The notes beneath the pieces are model-generated. The model saw only the letters and a program-made list of their open reading frames with translations, ran no database searches and was not told the DNA's origin. Of a DNA stretch of 64,000 bases, positions 1-13,887 are shown piece after piece. Every line of letters starts with the position of its first letter. The first letter of the stretch is position 1. Both the position numbers and the translations under genes were made by a program. The stretch comes from Marsupella aquatica (lineage: Eukaryota > Plantae > Marchantiophyta): assembly GCA_973895155.1 (NCBI GenBank), contig OZ316898.1, positions 14,104,330 through 14,168,329 of the forward strand, read 5' to 3'.

Positions 1-770
1 AAGATAAATGAACAGCCACATTTTGATCCCGGAAACCATATTAATTAGGCAAGTCATAGTCCATAGGATTTGCAAATTCAATGTTTTAATTTATAAGCAA
101 AAGGCCACACAGAAAGATGTCTGGTAACTTATCATAAAATAATCAATTTCCTTTATAGCAAGTTTCAGAAAATTCGTAAAATTTTCCTTACAAAAAATTA
201 TGGTTATGAATAAAACTAGACGTAGAACTCTTGGAGAGAAGCTGACGATATTGCTTCAACTAAGCTCCAATGTAGGCGTCCTTTCTGGCATGCAGGAAGT
301 AATTAGAACTTAAGTAACTTGGCTCCAGGGCGCACTGCATGTACTTGTAGCTTACGTTCCTTTTACCAACTAGTTGGTCAGATGACGCCCAGGATCCAGC
401 CCCAAGCTGCAAGCAAGTTGTACCAGCCCTTAGCTATAGCTTTGTAGTAAAGGGGAGAAATGCGCGGACCACGGTACCCAAAATGAAGAATATATGGATG
501 ATACAGATATTTGCTGGCCTTGAAGGCGAGGTGATATGCCAATTGTCCTCTTTAGGACCCAATAAAGGACTGAAATTCTGACCTACAAGTTGGCCCTTCG
601 AATTTTGCCTCGCTCACCAATGCACGGATTTCAATGAGTTACATCCTGAGTTTGCATCGTGTTTCTTAATGTATTTTCACTCTGCATGCTCATCATCAGG
701 CTACAGTAGCATGCCAGCCCGTTGGCTTCAGACTGGGGCCAGTTGACAACACTGTCCAGATTGCTAGGCC

Positions 771-973
771 CCCTGGGCCCTCAGTCTTAACTAATACATG
801 GAGGACATGCGAACGTTCAAATGGTAGTTTTTATTCATTTTAAACTAATAATTATAATTATTATCGGTAATAAGGGAACTTTTAATGGTAAAACAAAAAT
901 AACAAAGGGTAAACACGAAAAGGGCCCGATCGCAGGGGGGTCCACTTCTTTTACATGGACTGAGGGCCCAGGG
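771..973. mobile_element. MITE family A (~200 bp)
   Basis: TIR CCCTGGGCCCTCAGTC...GACTGAGGGCCCAGGG; 8-bp TSD GCTAGGCC. Confidence 0.93.
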
Positions 974-3900
974 GCTAGGCCTAGCTGAGCTCAGATCGTC
1001 AATATCGGAGGTGACTGGTTTTAAGACTTTCCATTCAACGCAACACAGTCGTGTTAGAGGTATGATGTCAATCACAGATTGAGATTTTTATATCGAAGGA
1101 CTTTTATTCATCCTGCCTTGTTAGAAAATCAAGATAGGAAAGCTCACTGAATATTATTATAGTAGTAGAAAGGGTTTTTGACAAGAGCACTATATATATA
1201 ACTCTGGAATGATGATATATATGAAGAGGCATGTGAAAGTTTTTTCTAAATACCTATACATCCGCGAACAATATTCATTATTTGTAAATACTTCAAGTGT
1301 GAGCTGAAAATTGTGGCCCCTATCGATGGATGGATCACTAAGTGGACTCATATAATTCAGCTTCCATTGAAAAGTCATGATTGGCGTTGACTGACTCCGT
1401 GGGTCCCGTGCGCTTATCTAAATCCCATTGTGTACATTAAAGTAGCGCATATCCAGACCACGTGATATTGAAAGAGACTGGAATGGGGAGCCGTTCTCTC
1501 AGCTCACACCTCATTGTTGAGCGGTAGGTCCTTAAGGTACTTACCACGCATCAGCTATGCGGTATCATTTTGGCAAGGGAGCGTCCGATCAAAGGTTTCT
1601 GAAATGGCTGCATCGCAGGTAGAGGCCAGTCACATCAAACCCTCTCACTCAAGGGAGCAATTTGCGGAATTAGCGGACGATTCAGCGGCATTGTCGTATA
1701 ATCTGACAACGGATGCGTCACACCACAACAGTGTTTCAAGTAGAAGACCCCGTACCTTACCTACAAATGCAATTGACCATATTTCTCTTGACCCTAATTT
1801 TCTGCGTCTCTACCTTGGAGGTGAAGCCAAGGTGGGAGGGAGCTTATTTAATTTCAGGATAATGATGTCAGCTAACATATTTTCTCACCCGTAGTTCCTG
1901 AGGGAGAGATATAATTGGAATTGACTTAGTTAGCTCCAAACTTTCGCCGTCTGGACCTTGCAGGTGCAGCAAAGGTGCATCGGGCACATTTCTTTTAGCA
2001 GAATGATGTCAACTCTATCCATATTCATACCCGTAGTTTATCTCTTCTCACTAATACACTAATCCTGAGTGAGAGATATCACTTCAATTAACCTACTTCC
2101 AAACCTTCAGCCGCATAACTGGTTTAGGGGCATGATACTGGTAGACGTGAAACAGTTTTGATGGTGAAAGTCGGGCCCTACTCGCCGGGTGGGCAAGTAG
2201 GGGCAACCCTGGCTTAGTGGAGGGCCTACTGGATCCTTGTCATATATAGGGCCACGAGCAGCCTCTTTTCATCATGGCCTGAAAAAGACCGTCACCTCCG
2301 CTTTGACCAGCTAGCCTTTTCTTTAATTTACTTGACCCGAATGCCAGACGTTTCTGCACTGCATTTCTGTTCTGTTGTACTAGAGGCTAATTCGAAGGCT
2401 GATGTGGCACTTGATGTCTTGAGATGAGTAGGAAATTCTGAGATTCATAGGTTAGCTGCCTACTTGCCTTACCCCTTCCCAGCTAAGTCATCACTAATGC
2501 TAAAGAGACAGCTAACTACTAGTACGATTAATTACGACTTTTGCGTTAGTATCAAGCGCGAGAAGACAAGTGTGTACCTCACTAGCCATCATTGTTTTGT
2601 CTTAGGACTTTATGTGTTGCCATGGTAATCTGGGCACTTCTAAGTGGTAAATAAGGCAGAGTTTTTTGGTTGACACATTGAAGGGCCAAAACGATAGATT
2701 TTAGGGACCCTAAGGTGAAAACTTGAGGAGGTAGATACTGGTAAACTGTAAGGAATTTACGGAGGCTTAGAAGAGACATGGGAGAGCGCAATAAGAGATG
2801 GAGTGGGCACGGGTGAGGCCCAGGAGAACGGGTCACTGTAGCAGGGAGACAAACTAAGACACATGAGCTGAAATTCCATATTAATGTGGAGGGAAAGAAG
2901 AAAGCTAACCAGGTACGCAGTGGAAGAGGAAAGAGTGGAAAATGGGGCTTCTACATTGCGATCTTAAAAACAAGGAAAAGTAGGAGAAAGGTCCTACCTT
3001 AATGAGGGACGAGACGACATCAGATTATTATTTTTTAAATGTAACTAGCTTACCAGACTTGACATCTCTTGCAATGATTATTATCAATCATGATCTCCCA
3101 GGATTCGAGCCAGTGGGAAACTCTTCTCCCAGGTTTATGTAAAGGAGCACCTTCAAGAACGGATGTGGAGAGTATATCAAGAGTAATAATAGCCAGAGTA
3201 TATCAAGAGTAGTAATACCCATTTTATACAGTGGTCGTCATTCAAATTTGGGGGGAGCCTTGGGGGAAAAATGAAAACAAGGAAGCTTGAAAGGAGGAAT
3301 AGCAACCAAAGAAAAAAAAAACTATCCCATGGATGCAGGCCGAGGCGCGGCGGGGGTGACAACAGCATTGAACCACGGCTGGGGCTACCGCCCTGCTGTG
3401 CAGCCAGCCTTGCCTTGAGATCCAGCCACACCCGTGCAGTCCACCTCCCAAATCACGGCCAGTCCATCCTTCCTGCCTCTCCCCGATGACTCCCTCCCTC
3501 CCTGACAAGCTGCCCCCCCCCCCCCACCCGAAAAAAAACCCTGCAACTCCCTTCATAAACTCCCCAGCAACTCCCCTCAAGCTGGCCCAAAACAAGTTCA
3601 AGGGAGGCAACTTCCTCAGTCCCTGAACTCCCCTACTACTCCCTTTCACCCACCACGGGTCCTTTCGTCCCTCTACACCTGGCTCCCTCCCTCCTTGACT
3701 TGATCACCCTGTATTTCCTCTCACCCTCCTCATATCCCCCCCCCCCCCCCCTCCATCCTTAACTCTCTTCCTCCCCTCCAACTCTCCCCTCCCCGGTTCA
3801 CCTACCCTGGCCCCGGCAGTCCAACCTCCATGCCTGGACCGGACACTCCCGGACTGACACTCATGATTATTTGTCCCTCTCCCACTTTGCCCTCGCAACC

Positions 3901-4851
3901 GGAGTGGGGGACCACCCTGGGTCTCAGGTCCAGGCATCCTGAAGATGGGCATTGTCAGGCCGGTCGACGAGAGTGTGAACAGGGCCTCATCAAATTTAGC
4001 TTTTCCCGACCTTAACTCAACTCATTGCCTTGGTTGCAGCTCCCTGCTAGGCCCTCACCCTTGTTGGTATCTGTTGCCACTCATTTAGCTTTTGACATAG
4101 ATGCATGAGTAGGGGCCAAATATTGGGATCAAAGATGGTCCAGGGGTGGCAGGTCACCATAAATATATATAAGAGAACCACCTCCTCTCAAACATCCATT
4201 GTTTAAGAGTGTTATAAACCACACCACCACCCCAAGGAGCATGGTGTAAGTTGGAGAGTAAGGAGTCATTGTAAGTTAAATTGGATGAGGTTTTCGAGTT
4301 TAGGGTTTGCATGTACATGAGGGAGTGGAAATATGTCGCTGAAAAGTGGACCAAACCGTGTAGTTGCCCCAAGGGGTCTTAGCATTGGGGCAGCCAAAAC
4401 CAACTAGCTAAGTAAGCAAGCATGGTGACTTTAAGCTTAAAGTAACTGAAACCAGGGACCTTACCAATAGGGCTCAAGGATGCAATGGGTGGCAAAATGT
4501 GCAACTGAAAAATGGGCCAAGTCATGTTGTTGCCTTGAGGGGTCTTGTCATTAGGGCGGCCAAAGACAAGTAAGCAAGCAAGGTGTTTTAAGCAAAACTT
4601 AGACTAAGTAACAAAAATTGGGTTTACTTACCAGTGGTGCTCAAGGTACATTATGACATCTTTTACTAGTAACATTTTGTACTTAACAACATGTTTACTT
4701 GATATCTTTTACAAAAATGTTCCTTAGTTTACTTATTGACATCTTTGAGGTAACTACATGTGTGTACTTGACAACATCTTAAATGCTATGATATCTTTGT
4801 TAATAATATATCTTATTCTTTTTTTGGTTCTTTTTTTCAGTAAAACCTGCG

Positions 4852-5156
4852 CCCGGGGTCCTCGCTTCTTTTCTTCTGACCCATCACGCGCAAATAAGTA
4901 TAGGGTTTTTTATTGGGTTTAGTGAAATATTTTTAAATTTTTGTTGAAGAACATTAGGGTTATTTTAATCCAATTTTGAGAATTATAAGAATCATAAGGT
5001 ATTTTAAAATCAAATATGAGAATCTTCTTGGAATATTCCATTAAGCTAGGGTAAAACAATTACTAAAAAAAATTTATTGAACTTAACTTTTAGGGTGTTT
5101 ATTCCCCAAAAACTTCGAGCGTGATATGTGACACCCCTTGGATTGAGACCCCCGAG
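4852..5156. mobile_element. MITE family B (~300 bp)
   Basis: CCCGGGGTCCTC...GAGACCCCCGAG; perfect 8-bp TSD AACCTGCG. Confidence 0.9.
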
Positions 5157-8100
5157 AACCTGCGTAAATCCACAGGAAGGGGTCCCAAAACAGCCAACAA
5201 GGGGGAGCCAGCCATTATAAAAGTAGCTGAAAGAGAAGTCAAAGAAAGTCAAATGAGAGACACCAAGACAGGCCTTGGAAAGTCACTAGAAATGTACTAA
5301 AAAAATTAAAAAGAGAGCGCTGCATGTGCCCTAATTCTAACTCAAGGTCATCTTCAGCTGTGAAACCAAGCATCAGGGCGCGGAATCCACCATATTTGTT
5401 CTTGTTTAACAATCTCGCAAATTCTCAGCATCCTAGCTAGTATGTTTCCTGCTTGGGCCAGTAGCTTCACAAAGTCCGTGTACTTAAGGAATCTAAGTAA
5501 CAATTCCGAGCAAACAAGATTAATGTTAAAACTTCTTTAATTTGCATTGTGAAACAATATTAGTTGAATGTGCAAGGCATGGATATATATTGAGTTAGTA
5601 TACAATATTAATTCAACAAGCCATTTTGAAAGAAATATTGTCTGAGTGGTACCTTGATGATTGGCAGAAACAAAAATTAGTTCAAGGACCCCTTGGTTAA
5701 GTTAAGTAAGCTTGAATGTTCAATTGAACTATAATTTTGGAGCCATGAAGAGTTGCACATTGATAGAAATAAATTAAATTCAGACAAAAATTAAATGGAG
5801 GATTCTAAATGAAGTGAATTTTAAAGGTAGTTAGTAAAATTTTATTGAAGACAAATAGGATTACATTCATGCATGGTAATACTAAGGGGTAATTTTCCGT
5901 GCAAAACATTTCCCTTAGTATATATCTCTATGGTAAGTTATACAATACATGTAACATTCTGTATGGTTCATGGAAGATATTACTTTGTCTATAGTAGTTG
6001 AAAGGTCTTAGATTCCTTTGGTATTCTTCTACCCATAGTAGGTTATGGTGACAATTTCTACCTTTGCTTGTTATTCCTCTATCCATAGTAAGTTAAGGGT
6101 TTTATAAGTTATCTTGGTAAATGTTAGAGAAGTGAAATTTATCTTAGTTGGGTGTCTTAGGTTACCTTGGTAAATGTTAGAGTAGTTGAAGAGTTTCTTT
6201 CTACTTGTCATTAATATTTCAAAAATATATAAGTCAAATAGAAAATTAAAATAGATAACCAAAAAACACTAATGCATCAATCACAACTCATTCAAATATC
6301 CATTTCTTTCAAACAACACCTATTTAGATAAAACCAGGGTATTCGCTAAATTCCAGTATTCCCTAAAATCCAGTAACCCATTTTACCTTGCCTCAAACAA
6401 CATAGTCAAATTTGGTTGTTCTTGCATGACTAATATATAGTTCTTGTTTGTAAAAATCATGCTGATGTGATTGCATGTGCATCCAGAAATTTTGGAAGTA
6501 CGTAACTTCTCATGGGGTCCGTACAAAGGTACTAAGGAGAAGTAAATTGTAGTGTGAGTCAAACCCTGCCCAAAGTTCAGGTAAAAAAAAATCTCTTCAA
6601 TGCCAACAGACGTGTTGTTTTTGGAAGCAAGACCAAATAATCAATTTCTAATCCTATTCTACTTTAAGGTATTGTCAATTTGGCGTTCTAAAATCCAGAC
6701 ATGTGTGTGTTATCCTTCTCAAGTCCCATATATTTCAGTTTCATTCTATTTAATATGATTTTCACTAAAGTTGGCTTTCCGACTACAGTATGCTTTGTTT
6801 CTGTTTTTTGGGCTCAGTGAGCCCAATATCATGGCCCAGCCACACTGAGAGGCAGCTTTCAAAAAACTCCTTGGACCAACCCTTCAGACTAAAATATCCC
6901 GCGCGCGGAAAAGCTCGTGACAAGTTATTCTAGACTTGTTGATCTAGATTTTCTCTCGTTCTAAGGTTCTGTGGAGGGACCAAGTAAGCTATTGCACTGA
7001 TAACCATGAACCTGGTTCGTAACCAAGCTAGCGCGCGATGGTTCGGAGAGAGAGGGCTGCGAGGAGCCATCAGAAGAGCCATCAGGGGACATTGTTTACC
7101 ATATCCAAGTCTCTGAGTAAATTACACTTGCTCATCGAACTAGTTTAACTTCGAAGCACCACCACCTTCGCAAGGCAACGTTATCCCGTACGTCGTAAAT
7201 ATACGTACAGTAAGTTTTTGTTCACTACAATTTCCGTAGGTCGTAAATCTGCGTAGTGAAGGTGGGTCCAAGAACTAGTTTAACTTCGAAGCACCATCCT
7301 GGCAAGGCAAGCTCAAACTGAGCAGAATTATTTGCTCTTCTCGAGTCTGATCGAACCTATCAATTCATCTCAATGCTCTCCCGGCCGTACGTCGTCAATC
7401 TGCATGGTATTGAAAGTTTCTCTACGATTTCCGTAGAACTCATGCTTGCAAGTAGAAAGCGGATGGAGCATTACCTTTATAAAGTGAAGTGCGCGCGGTC
7501 CGATTTCCAGATACGAACGTCCGACCCAGCTCTTCAAGAGGAAAGTAAGCTCTCGAGCCGAGGATGGTCTTCTCATCTTAAGGTTCAACTCGTTCCTTTC
7601 TCGTGAGTTGTTTATGAATCTCCAAGGTATTGAACGGCACTGAGGCAGTCTGGTGTCCTATTGCTCTCCGGTTCGCTACTCTTGTGTGTGGACTTAGTTG
7701 ATTACAACCTAAAGTTCGCTTCTGCATGTTTATAATTTCCCCTTTCTCCTGCGTGTGTTATTACGAAGCGTTGGAAACGTTCGTTGCGTTGCCTCTGGGT
7801 TTCCCGGATGGTCTTACGCCCTTGGGCGAAGCGGTGTGATTTTGTATTTTCAGAATGTTTCATTCTTGTTAGCAGTTCTAAGATAAAATGTATCTATAGC
7901 TTGAAAAACGGTTCTACGTTACTGTCTGTCCGTATAACAGTCGTGTCCTAAACTCCGGTCTCCACCGGAGCAGTTCGTCCACAAGTTAAATGCTTTCCGG
8001 TATGGAGATTTCTTGCGGGTGCATTTCTGTTTATACATGAATCGCATCAAACGACAGTCTACCTCTGGACGATATCTCGTAAAAGACCCACACATCCTTA

Positions 8101-8816
8101 GATAGCGAGGATGCAACATCAGTTCTTGCAGGACGGGGGAATTGATGTAACGTCTATTTGCCCAATTCGCTACTGAAGCTCTTATTGAAGACGCCTTGAC
8201 GAACTCTTGCTCAAAGCTGGACTCAAAGATTTTGTGCTGTTGTGTATGATTATCTCACCGTCGCTAATGGTTTGCTGCCTGTTTTCAGCATTGAAGAACT
8301 GAAATCGATTGTCGTCCAACGTGTATTGTCGAAAACAGCGGAACTGTGAATATCGAAGCCTTTGGCGAGACAATTAGTACCTGTATCCCAAAAGGCATTA
8401 CGCAGCACCTGATTCAGCTGGATAGACGGACCCTATCTGTCCCACTGCTGATCAGAACAACTCGTTTCTCAAAATCCAATCTCCCGCGGCCTGTTGTGGT
8501 AAGTCAGTAATGTCGGAGCTGCATGCAAGCTAGGTGAACGCTTGAATTATAGTTCGGCCTTTCATACTTTCAGTCATTTCTATTACTGTGATCATATTCA
8601 AAGAAGGCACCGATGCTGTTGACTCTGAAACCTGCTCAAGGAGATACTTTATTTCTCAACAGTATCTTAGGATCAACATTCGATCAGGATTAAAATTTGG
8701 ATTGACATCTCTGTCACAGACAAAACATACTGGGATTTTACAGTTTTCCAATGAGAGAGTTTGTTGCTAACTCATTAGCCGTACGTGGATGTGTTGCAGG
8801 ATAACAAGCTATCACA

Positions 8817-11800
8817 ATGGCTCCCGGACATCAAGCGGAAATTTGTGTCAGCCCCAATGGATTCACTCTTGAAAAGATCCCGTATGCTGCTTTTGGGACT
8901 GACGGGGGACATCGAGCGAAAGTCAAACCCAAGCTCTTGAGTTTGTTTCCACTGAAACCAGCCTTCAAACCATTGACGAGGAACAACTCAGTCAGAAGTT
9001 TCGGGAAGGCCAAGCAGCAAATAAACGAGCAAGACTTACCCGCAGTGGTTGCAACCAGAGGTGCAAGCGCATTTGTGTCGGGGGATGGGAGTGCTCTCTC
9101 GTTGTCATCTTTAGTGGCTCTAGAATGTGTGCAAGAGCAGACCGATGTGCCGACCCCATTAAATCCCCTTCGACTTATTTACTCGGTTGGTAATCAGTCT
9201 CCAAGTACTCCATCCGTGGATCCCTACGTAATTACTGCAGCAGCCAAGGAACAGGGTCTTCTTGGAGTCGGACGATTCATCGGTTTCAAATCAAGATACA
9301 CCTATCAGTACAACGGGGAATCTTCTACATATGTCGGAAAATCAAATGGATCGTTGTTGCCTTCCAGAGCATCAGCGTCTGCCGGAAAATCGCACGGATC
9401 GATGTTGCCATCCAGGGCATCAGCGTCTGCCGGAAAATCAAAAGGATCGGTGTTGCCATCCACAGCATCAGTGTCTGTCAGAAAATCAAAAGGATCGGTG
9501 TTGCCATCCAGGGCATCAGCGTCTGCCGGGAAATCAAAACGTTCCGTGTTGCCATCCACAGCATCAGTGTCTGTCAGAAAACCAAAAGGATCGGTGTTGC
9601 CATCCAGGGCATCAGCGTCTGCCGGGAAATCAAAACGATCGGTGTTGCCATCCACAGCATCAGTGACTGTCAGAAAATCAAAAGGATCGGTGTTGCCATC
9701 CACAGCATCAGCTATCAACGCGCCACCGTTGTCTCGAACCCGTTCCCAGCAGGGTCCCCGGTCGGATCCCACCACAGAAGGACTACTGTGCGCGCCACCA
9801 GTTCGAAATATGTCAGTACATACCCTCCCTCCATACATATCCTCCCTCTAGATTTCAGATGTAAGGTGTGAACGGAATGATGAAATACCTTTCAGCTCCA
9901 TTATTTCTTAGTATGCTTGCTTTGATAAGGGCTATATATATATATGTACTCGATTTTTTGAAATTGAACTGATCGATACTTTTGCTTTGTTCATATTTGA
10001 TCAGTGTGAAAATACGGTCAGCCCCTGGGCCCAAACCGCGGAGTTCAGTTTTCAAGGGAGTTACTCGCTATAAGAGGACAGGGAGATGGGAAACACACAT
10101 TTGGTAAGAACTGGTTCAAAATTTCTCGAAAAATGTTTCTAACTGATGGATGCTAAGACTGTCAGCATAAGACTGGGTTTCGTAAGTAATGTTTTACTTT
10201 ATTGGGATTATTGAGACCGACACTGCATGCAGCTAGCCTGACCGTCTTTCCAGTCTTTGGTTAGAGTAGCGTAGTAATCGATCTAGATCTTAGAGATCGA
10301 TCAGGTCAACACTTGCTGCAACATATTCTTGATATCTTAAAGCTCATGGTTTTCTCAGTTGGAGGATTAGCTTGACATTCTTTCTTGCTGTCAGAAGTTT
10401 TTCTCTACCGGCATTTGTAGACGCCCGCGGTTTGCAATCCTGTCTCGCCATAACAATCATGAGTGTCATAGATCATTGGCTTGCATGAGCTAGGTCAAAA
10501 TAGGTTTTCCGCGGATCCCCTGGTCCGATAGTTTCTCTCGTCTACCCAACTCATCTATTATCTCTACCGGGCTAGTTAACTACACCCCTGTTTTGTTGAA
10601 CATTTTCTTGATGAGATATATATGTAAAGACAATCTCTCTTTGCTTTTCCTCTACAATTTTTTACCGTGCCAGTCTATGACATATGCACCATCAATTTTT
10701 GCAGGTTCAACAAAAAACAATTCTATCTGGGTACGAGTGCACATGTGTATTCTGTGCCATCCATTTAAGAGACTAGGCTCGAAGTTCATTGCAAGTTTAT
10801 CAGTTGTTTTCCTGCATAACAGATATCCTGGCCGGGAGACTAAGAGTATTGTCTAAGTGATTTTCTTGCATAGTAGAATTATATTGAGAGACTAAGAGCA
10901 TTGTCTACGCAATCGCAGGAGCTTCTTCTACTGAAGAGAGAGCCGCAAGGTAAGCCAATTTTAATTTTCATCTGAGTCACTTAAATCGCTCGTTGTGATA
11001 GGTTTCATGGGGAAAGTTTTATATTGGTTCGTCTCATTCAGTTGATATTCAGTACTCCCATTATTTTCTAGTTGTTCCAATTGTTTCCATTGAACAAATA
11101 CTCAGCCGCCCTCTCCACAGTCGCTCGAATATATTAATATAGTCTTTCACATCAGTTACACCTTGATTTGCACCCTTAAATTTCATTTCTTCGCAAAATC
11201 CCTTGACGAGCGTTTCACCCTTACCGAACACGGGTTTTATTAATTAACAATCCAGAATAGTCTGTACAGGCAACTGTTTTAATATCCCTCTTTTGACAGT
11301 CATATCGATTTTGAGTATTGTTTTGTAATCGGAAACATAATCGGACTGAAACAAATAACTAACTCTTCGAATTGGTTGTGGCAGGGCACATGATAGAGCA
11401 GCAATATTCTTCGAGAAACCGGATAAAGATTTTAACTTCTGCCGGACAGAATACGCACGGGAGGTGCCACAGGTAGGGATTTTAACTGTAGTATGCTTTC
11501 AAAAAACATATGCATATCGATATCTGAGTCACTAGAGGCCATATGGCTGCCCCAGTAATAGCATGAATCACCCATGATCGGCTTTTATGGAATCCAGTTC
11601 GTTATTGGATAGTTTTGGATCGATATTATTGAAAGAATGGTTGGCTCTATCTTCTTCAGTTGATGCAGTTATCACAAGCTCAACTCGTGAGAATGCTACG
11701 GAAGCAAAGTGCTGGAAAAGGAACTCTGTACCCAGAGTACCCACCAATTACGCACGTCCAAGAACCCCCAAGGGACACCGGGGCTTCGAAAAGAAAGAGA

Positions 11801-12043
11801 GTGCAGCAGGTGGAACCCATACCAGCTCATATTAAGAGGCAGCTTGGTTCCGAGCTTGTTTCCAACCGCATCGAGGCTGACGGTTCGTGCAGTAGCTTCG
11901 TTAGAACGATGGTCCAGTCAAACGAGCCTCATGGGGCAACCTTCCATATACCCCAGGCTGCACATGTCTCCAAACGAAGCAGACAGTACAAGCAGATTAT
12001 CGATAATATGACAGCAGACCTTCAAAACCGCAGGAGTGGCTAA
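8817..12043 (+). CDS. AP2-subfamily (euAP2-like) transcription factor with a single AP2 domain, ~540 aa
   Basis: Exons 8817-9811, 10005-10103, 10705-10730 (26 bp), 10919-10949 (31 bp), 11385-11472 (88 bp), 11660-12043. Spliced product [91 protein letters not shown] matches AP2 repeat 1 plus linker; the 26/31/88-bp exons are the euAP2 pattern. In-frame TAA at 8802 upstream of the ATG. Confidence 0.9.
9336..9711 (+). repeat. Coding 48-bp (16-aa) tandem repeat, ~8 units, in AP2 gene exon 1
   Basis: [16 protein letters not shown] / [16 protein letters not shown] units; alternation gives a 96-bp higher-order repeat. Confidence 0.95.
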
Positions 12044-13235
12044 ACCCGGCTGACCATCCTAGAATGATCAATCTGAGTGGCGACTTAGAGTCCCAAGATA
12101 TGTAATAGCAAGAATCTGCTTTAGGTGTAAGCGTCTTATAAAGAGTCCGTATCTGGTGTTCGTACATAGAGTTTGATATGAATAGTCCAGCATTAAACTA
12201 GCTTCGATCAGACCACGGCTGCTAACACTCCAATCGTTTCGCCCACTTTTGCAAAGGACATACTTTCTTGTGAGGATTTTGTATTAGCAAAATATGCACA
12301 GCAACCCGTCGTAAATATTTTCAATTCTACCCTAGTCTATTGGCATATCTGGTGCAAAAAGACTTCCTCTGAAATGTCTTGGCGAAAAAAATAACAGTTG
12401 TGTTCTCTTACACATGGGATTGTTCTGATGGTTGACAGCTTACTGGAGTGTCCAGTTAGGGACACTAGCATGGACCATACTCTTTCCCCAATGATCACCT
12501 GACCACAGCTATCGATCCACATACCGTGTGCCTTCATTGAGCAGTGTCTGTATATTTCAAGCAATCATAAAATGTAAGATAATGCAGACATTAACGGTAA
12601 GCATCTAGCTGGCAATCATGCATAGCGTATCTGGCAATCGTGCATAGCATTTGTTTAGCTTTCTCTCCCATGGTCTTCCAGTGAATCGTGCCAGACTAAT
12701 GTCAATTCCGTCCCCCGATCTGTGCACACTTTATCGATGTAACTGGAACGATACTCTGCAGCACCCCCGAGTTACAACAAGCAGCAGAGTATCGTTCCAG
12801 AGCATCCAGAGCTAGCAGGGTGTGTAGTCTCGAGCCTTCTTTGTGGTAATGTTTCAGCAAAGAGGGGTACTCTTAGCAAGCCTTGCTATTGAGCTATGTA
12901 GGAATGGCAGCGCTTTTAGGGTATACTGGCCAGGACCCTGCCTAAAGACCTATTCTTTTGGCTAGGGTATACTGGCCAGGACCTGGCAGGTTTGAAGACC
13001 TAAGTATGTTTGGGAACCCTGATGGTCAAACCTTGTACCAACATGGAGTTTCACGGGTTGAGGCAGAACGTACGGCTTTATCTCCGCCCCAAGACGAAAA
13101 TGTCCAGATGTGGATGTGCCCGCGTTACTGGTGACTAAACATATATTTACTGGTACAGTGTGACATATGCATACATCTTTGGCAATGATATCCGTCATGG
13201 TGTGGGTTGCCGTTACCAAGCTTCCATGTTCCATG

Positions 13236-13281
13236 AGAGAGACAAAGAGAGAGAGAGAAAGAGAGAGAGAGAAAGAGAGAA
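13236..13281 (+). repeat. Imperfect (GA)n microsatellite
   Basis: GAGAGAGACAAAGAGAGAGAGAGAAAGAGAGAGAGAGAAAGAGAGA. Confidence 0.9.
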
Positions 13282-13419
13282 AAACAATTACTCGATGGTG
13301 TATGCGTTTCTTCGATCAAACTGAGTAGGTGACTGGTATATATGGAGGCCAAGTGTTGAACTTGGCTTGGAAGTAGTAGCTTTCAGTAGAAACCTCTCAA
13401 ACTCAGCCTGTGTCAGTCT

Positions 13420-13887
13420 TGCCATATATAAACTAAGTGTTGATGCCCGTATCTGACTAAGAGTCTGCAGTGATTAAGATGCACAGCCTCTGTGTGCCCC
13501 ATGATTGTTCCATTGCTGTCGATCAGCAAAAGATCTCAAAGGATGAAACACGCTAGTTAATTCCTTGTCTTCCAGGATCGGTACACATGCACTGCATAAG
13601 TAGGATAGAAGCTCAGATAACCAGGATGGTATCGAACCTCCCCAAGGTCTCCATATATCGCGCGATCTGCTTCCCCAAGCCCCCCTTCGGCTGCCCAGAT
13701 GGTTGCAGGTCTTGAATAAAAGGCATGAGGAATTAAAATAAAAGCCGAGAGAATGCGGAGTCCCACCAGGCTAGCTAGGAGATATATATGTCGATTTCTA
13801 GGGAAGAGTCCCAATGAGGTTAACCAACATCTGATTCATCTTGTGTGAAGTATGACTGTATAGGTCACATTTAAACCCTGCATCCAT
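13420..13887 (-). pseudogene. Decayed paralog of the N-terminal region of the 1520-aa gene
   Basis: MDAGFKCDLY vs MDPGFRYNLY; PHAFYSRPA...GDLGEVRYHPGYL vs PEAFYSRPA...ADIGQIRYHPGYL; shared GATGCACAGCCTCTGT; frameshifts and stops; upstream 13890-14280 resembles 41085-41430. Confidence 0.8.

Noticed and set aside
3240-4015. GC-rich ORFs in a C-run tract
   Set aside because: Low-complexity sequence, no recognisable domain.
1514-8119. Further copies of the YHPGYLR domain (LDPNFLRLYL at ~1785; LHPRYLRM at ~8100, minus strand)
   Set aside because: Similarity limited to a few residues with no flanking support; cannot be separated from chance by eye.
9262-9838. Alternative ORFs 9262-9666 (+, Cys/His-rich) and 9305-9838 (-, Asp-rich)
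   Set aside because: Shadow frames of the 48-bp coding repeat; only the 8817 frame splices into the AP2 domain.
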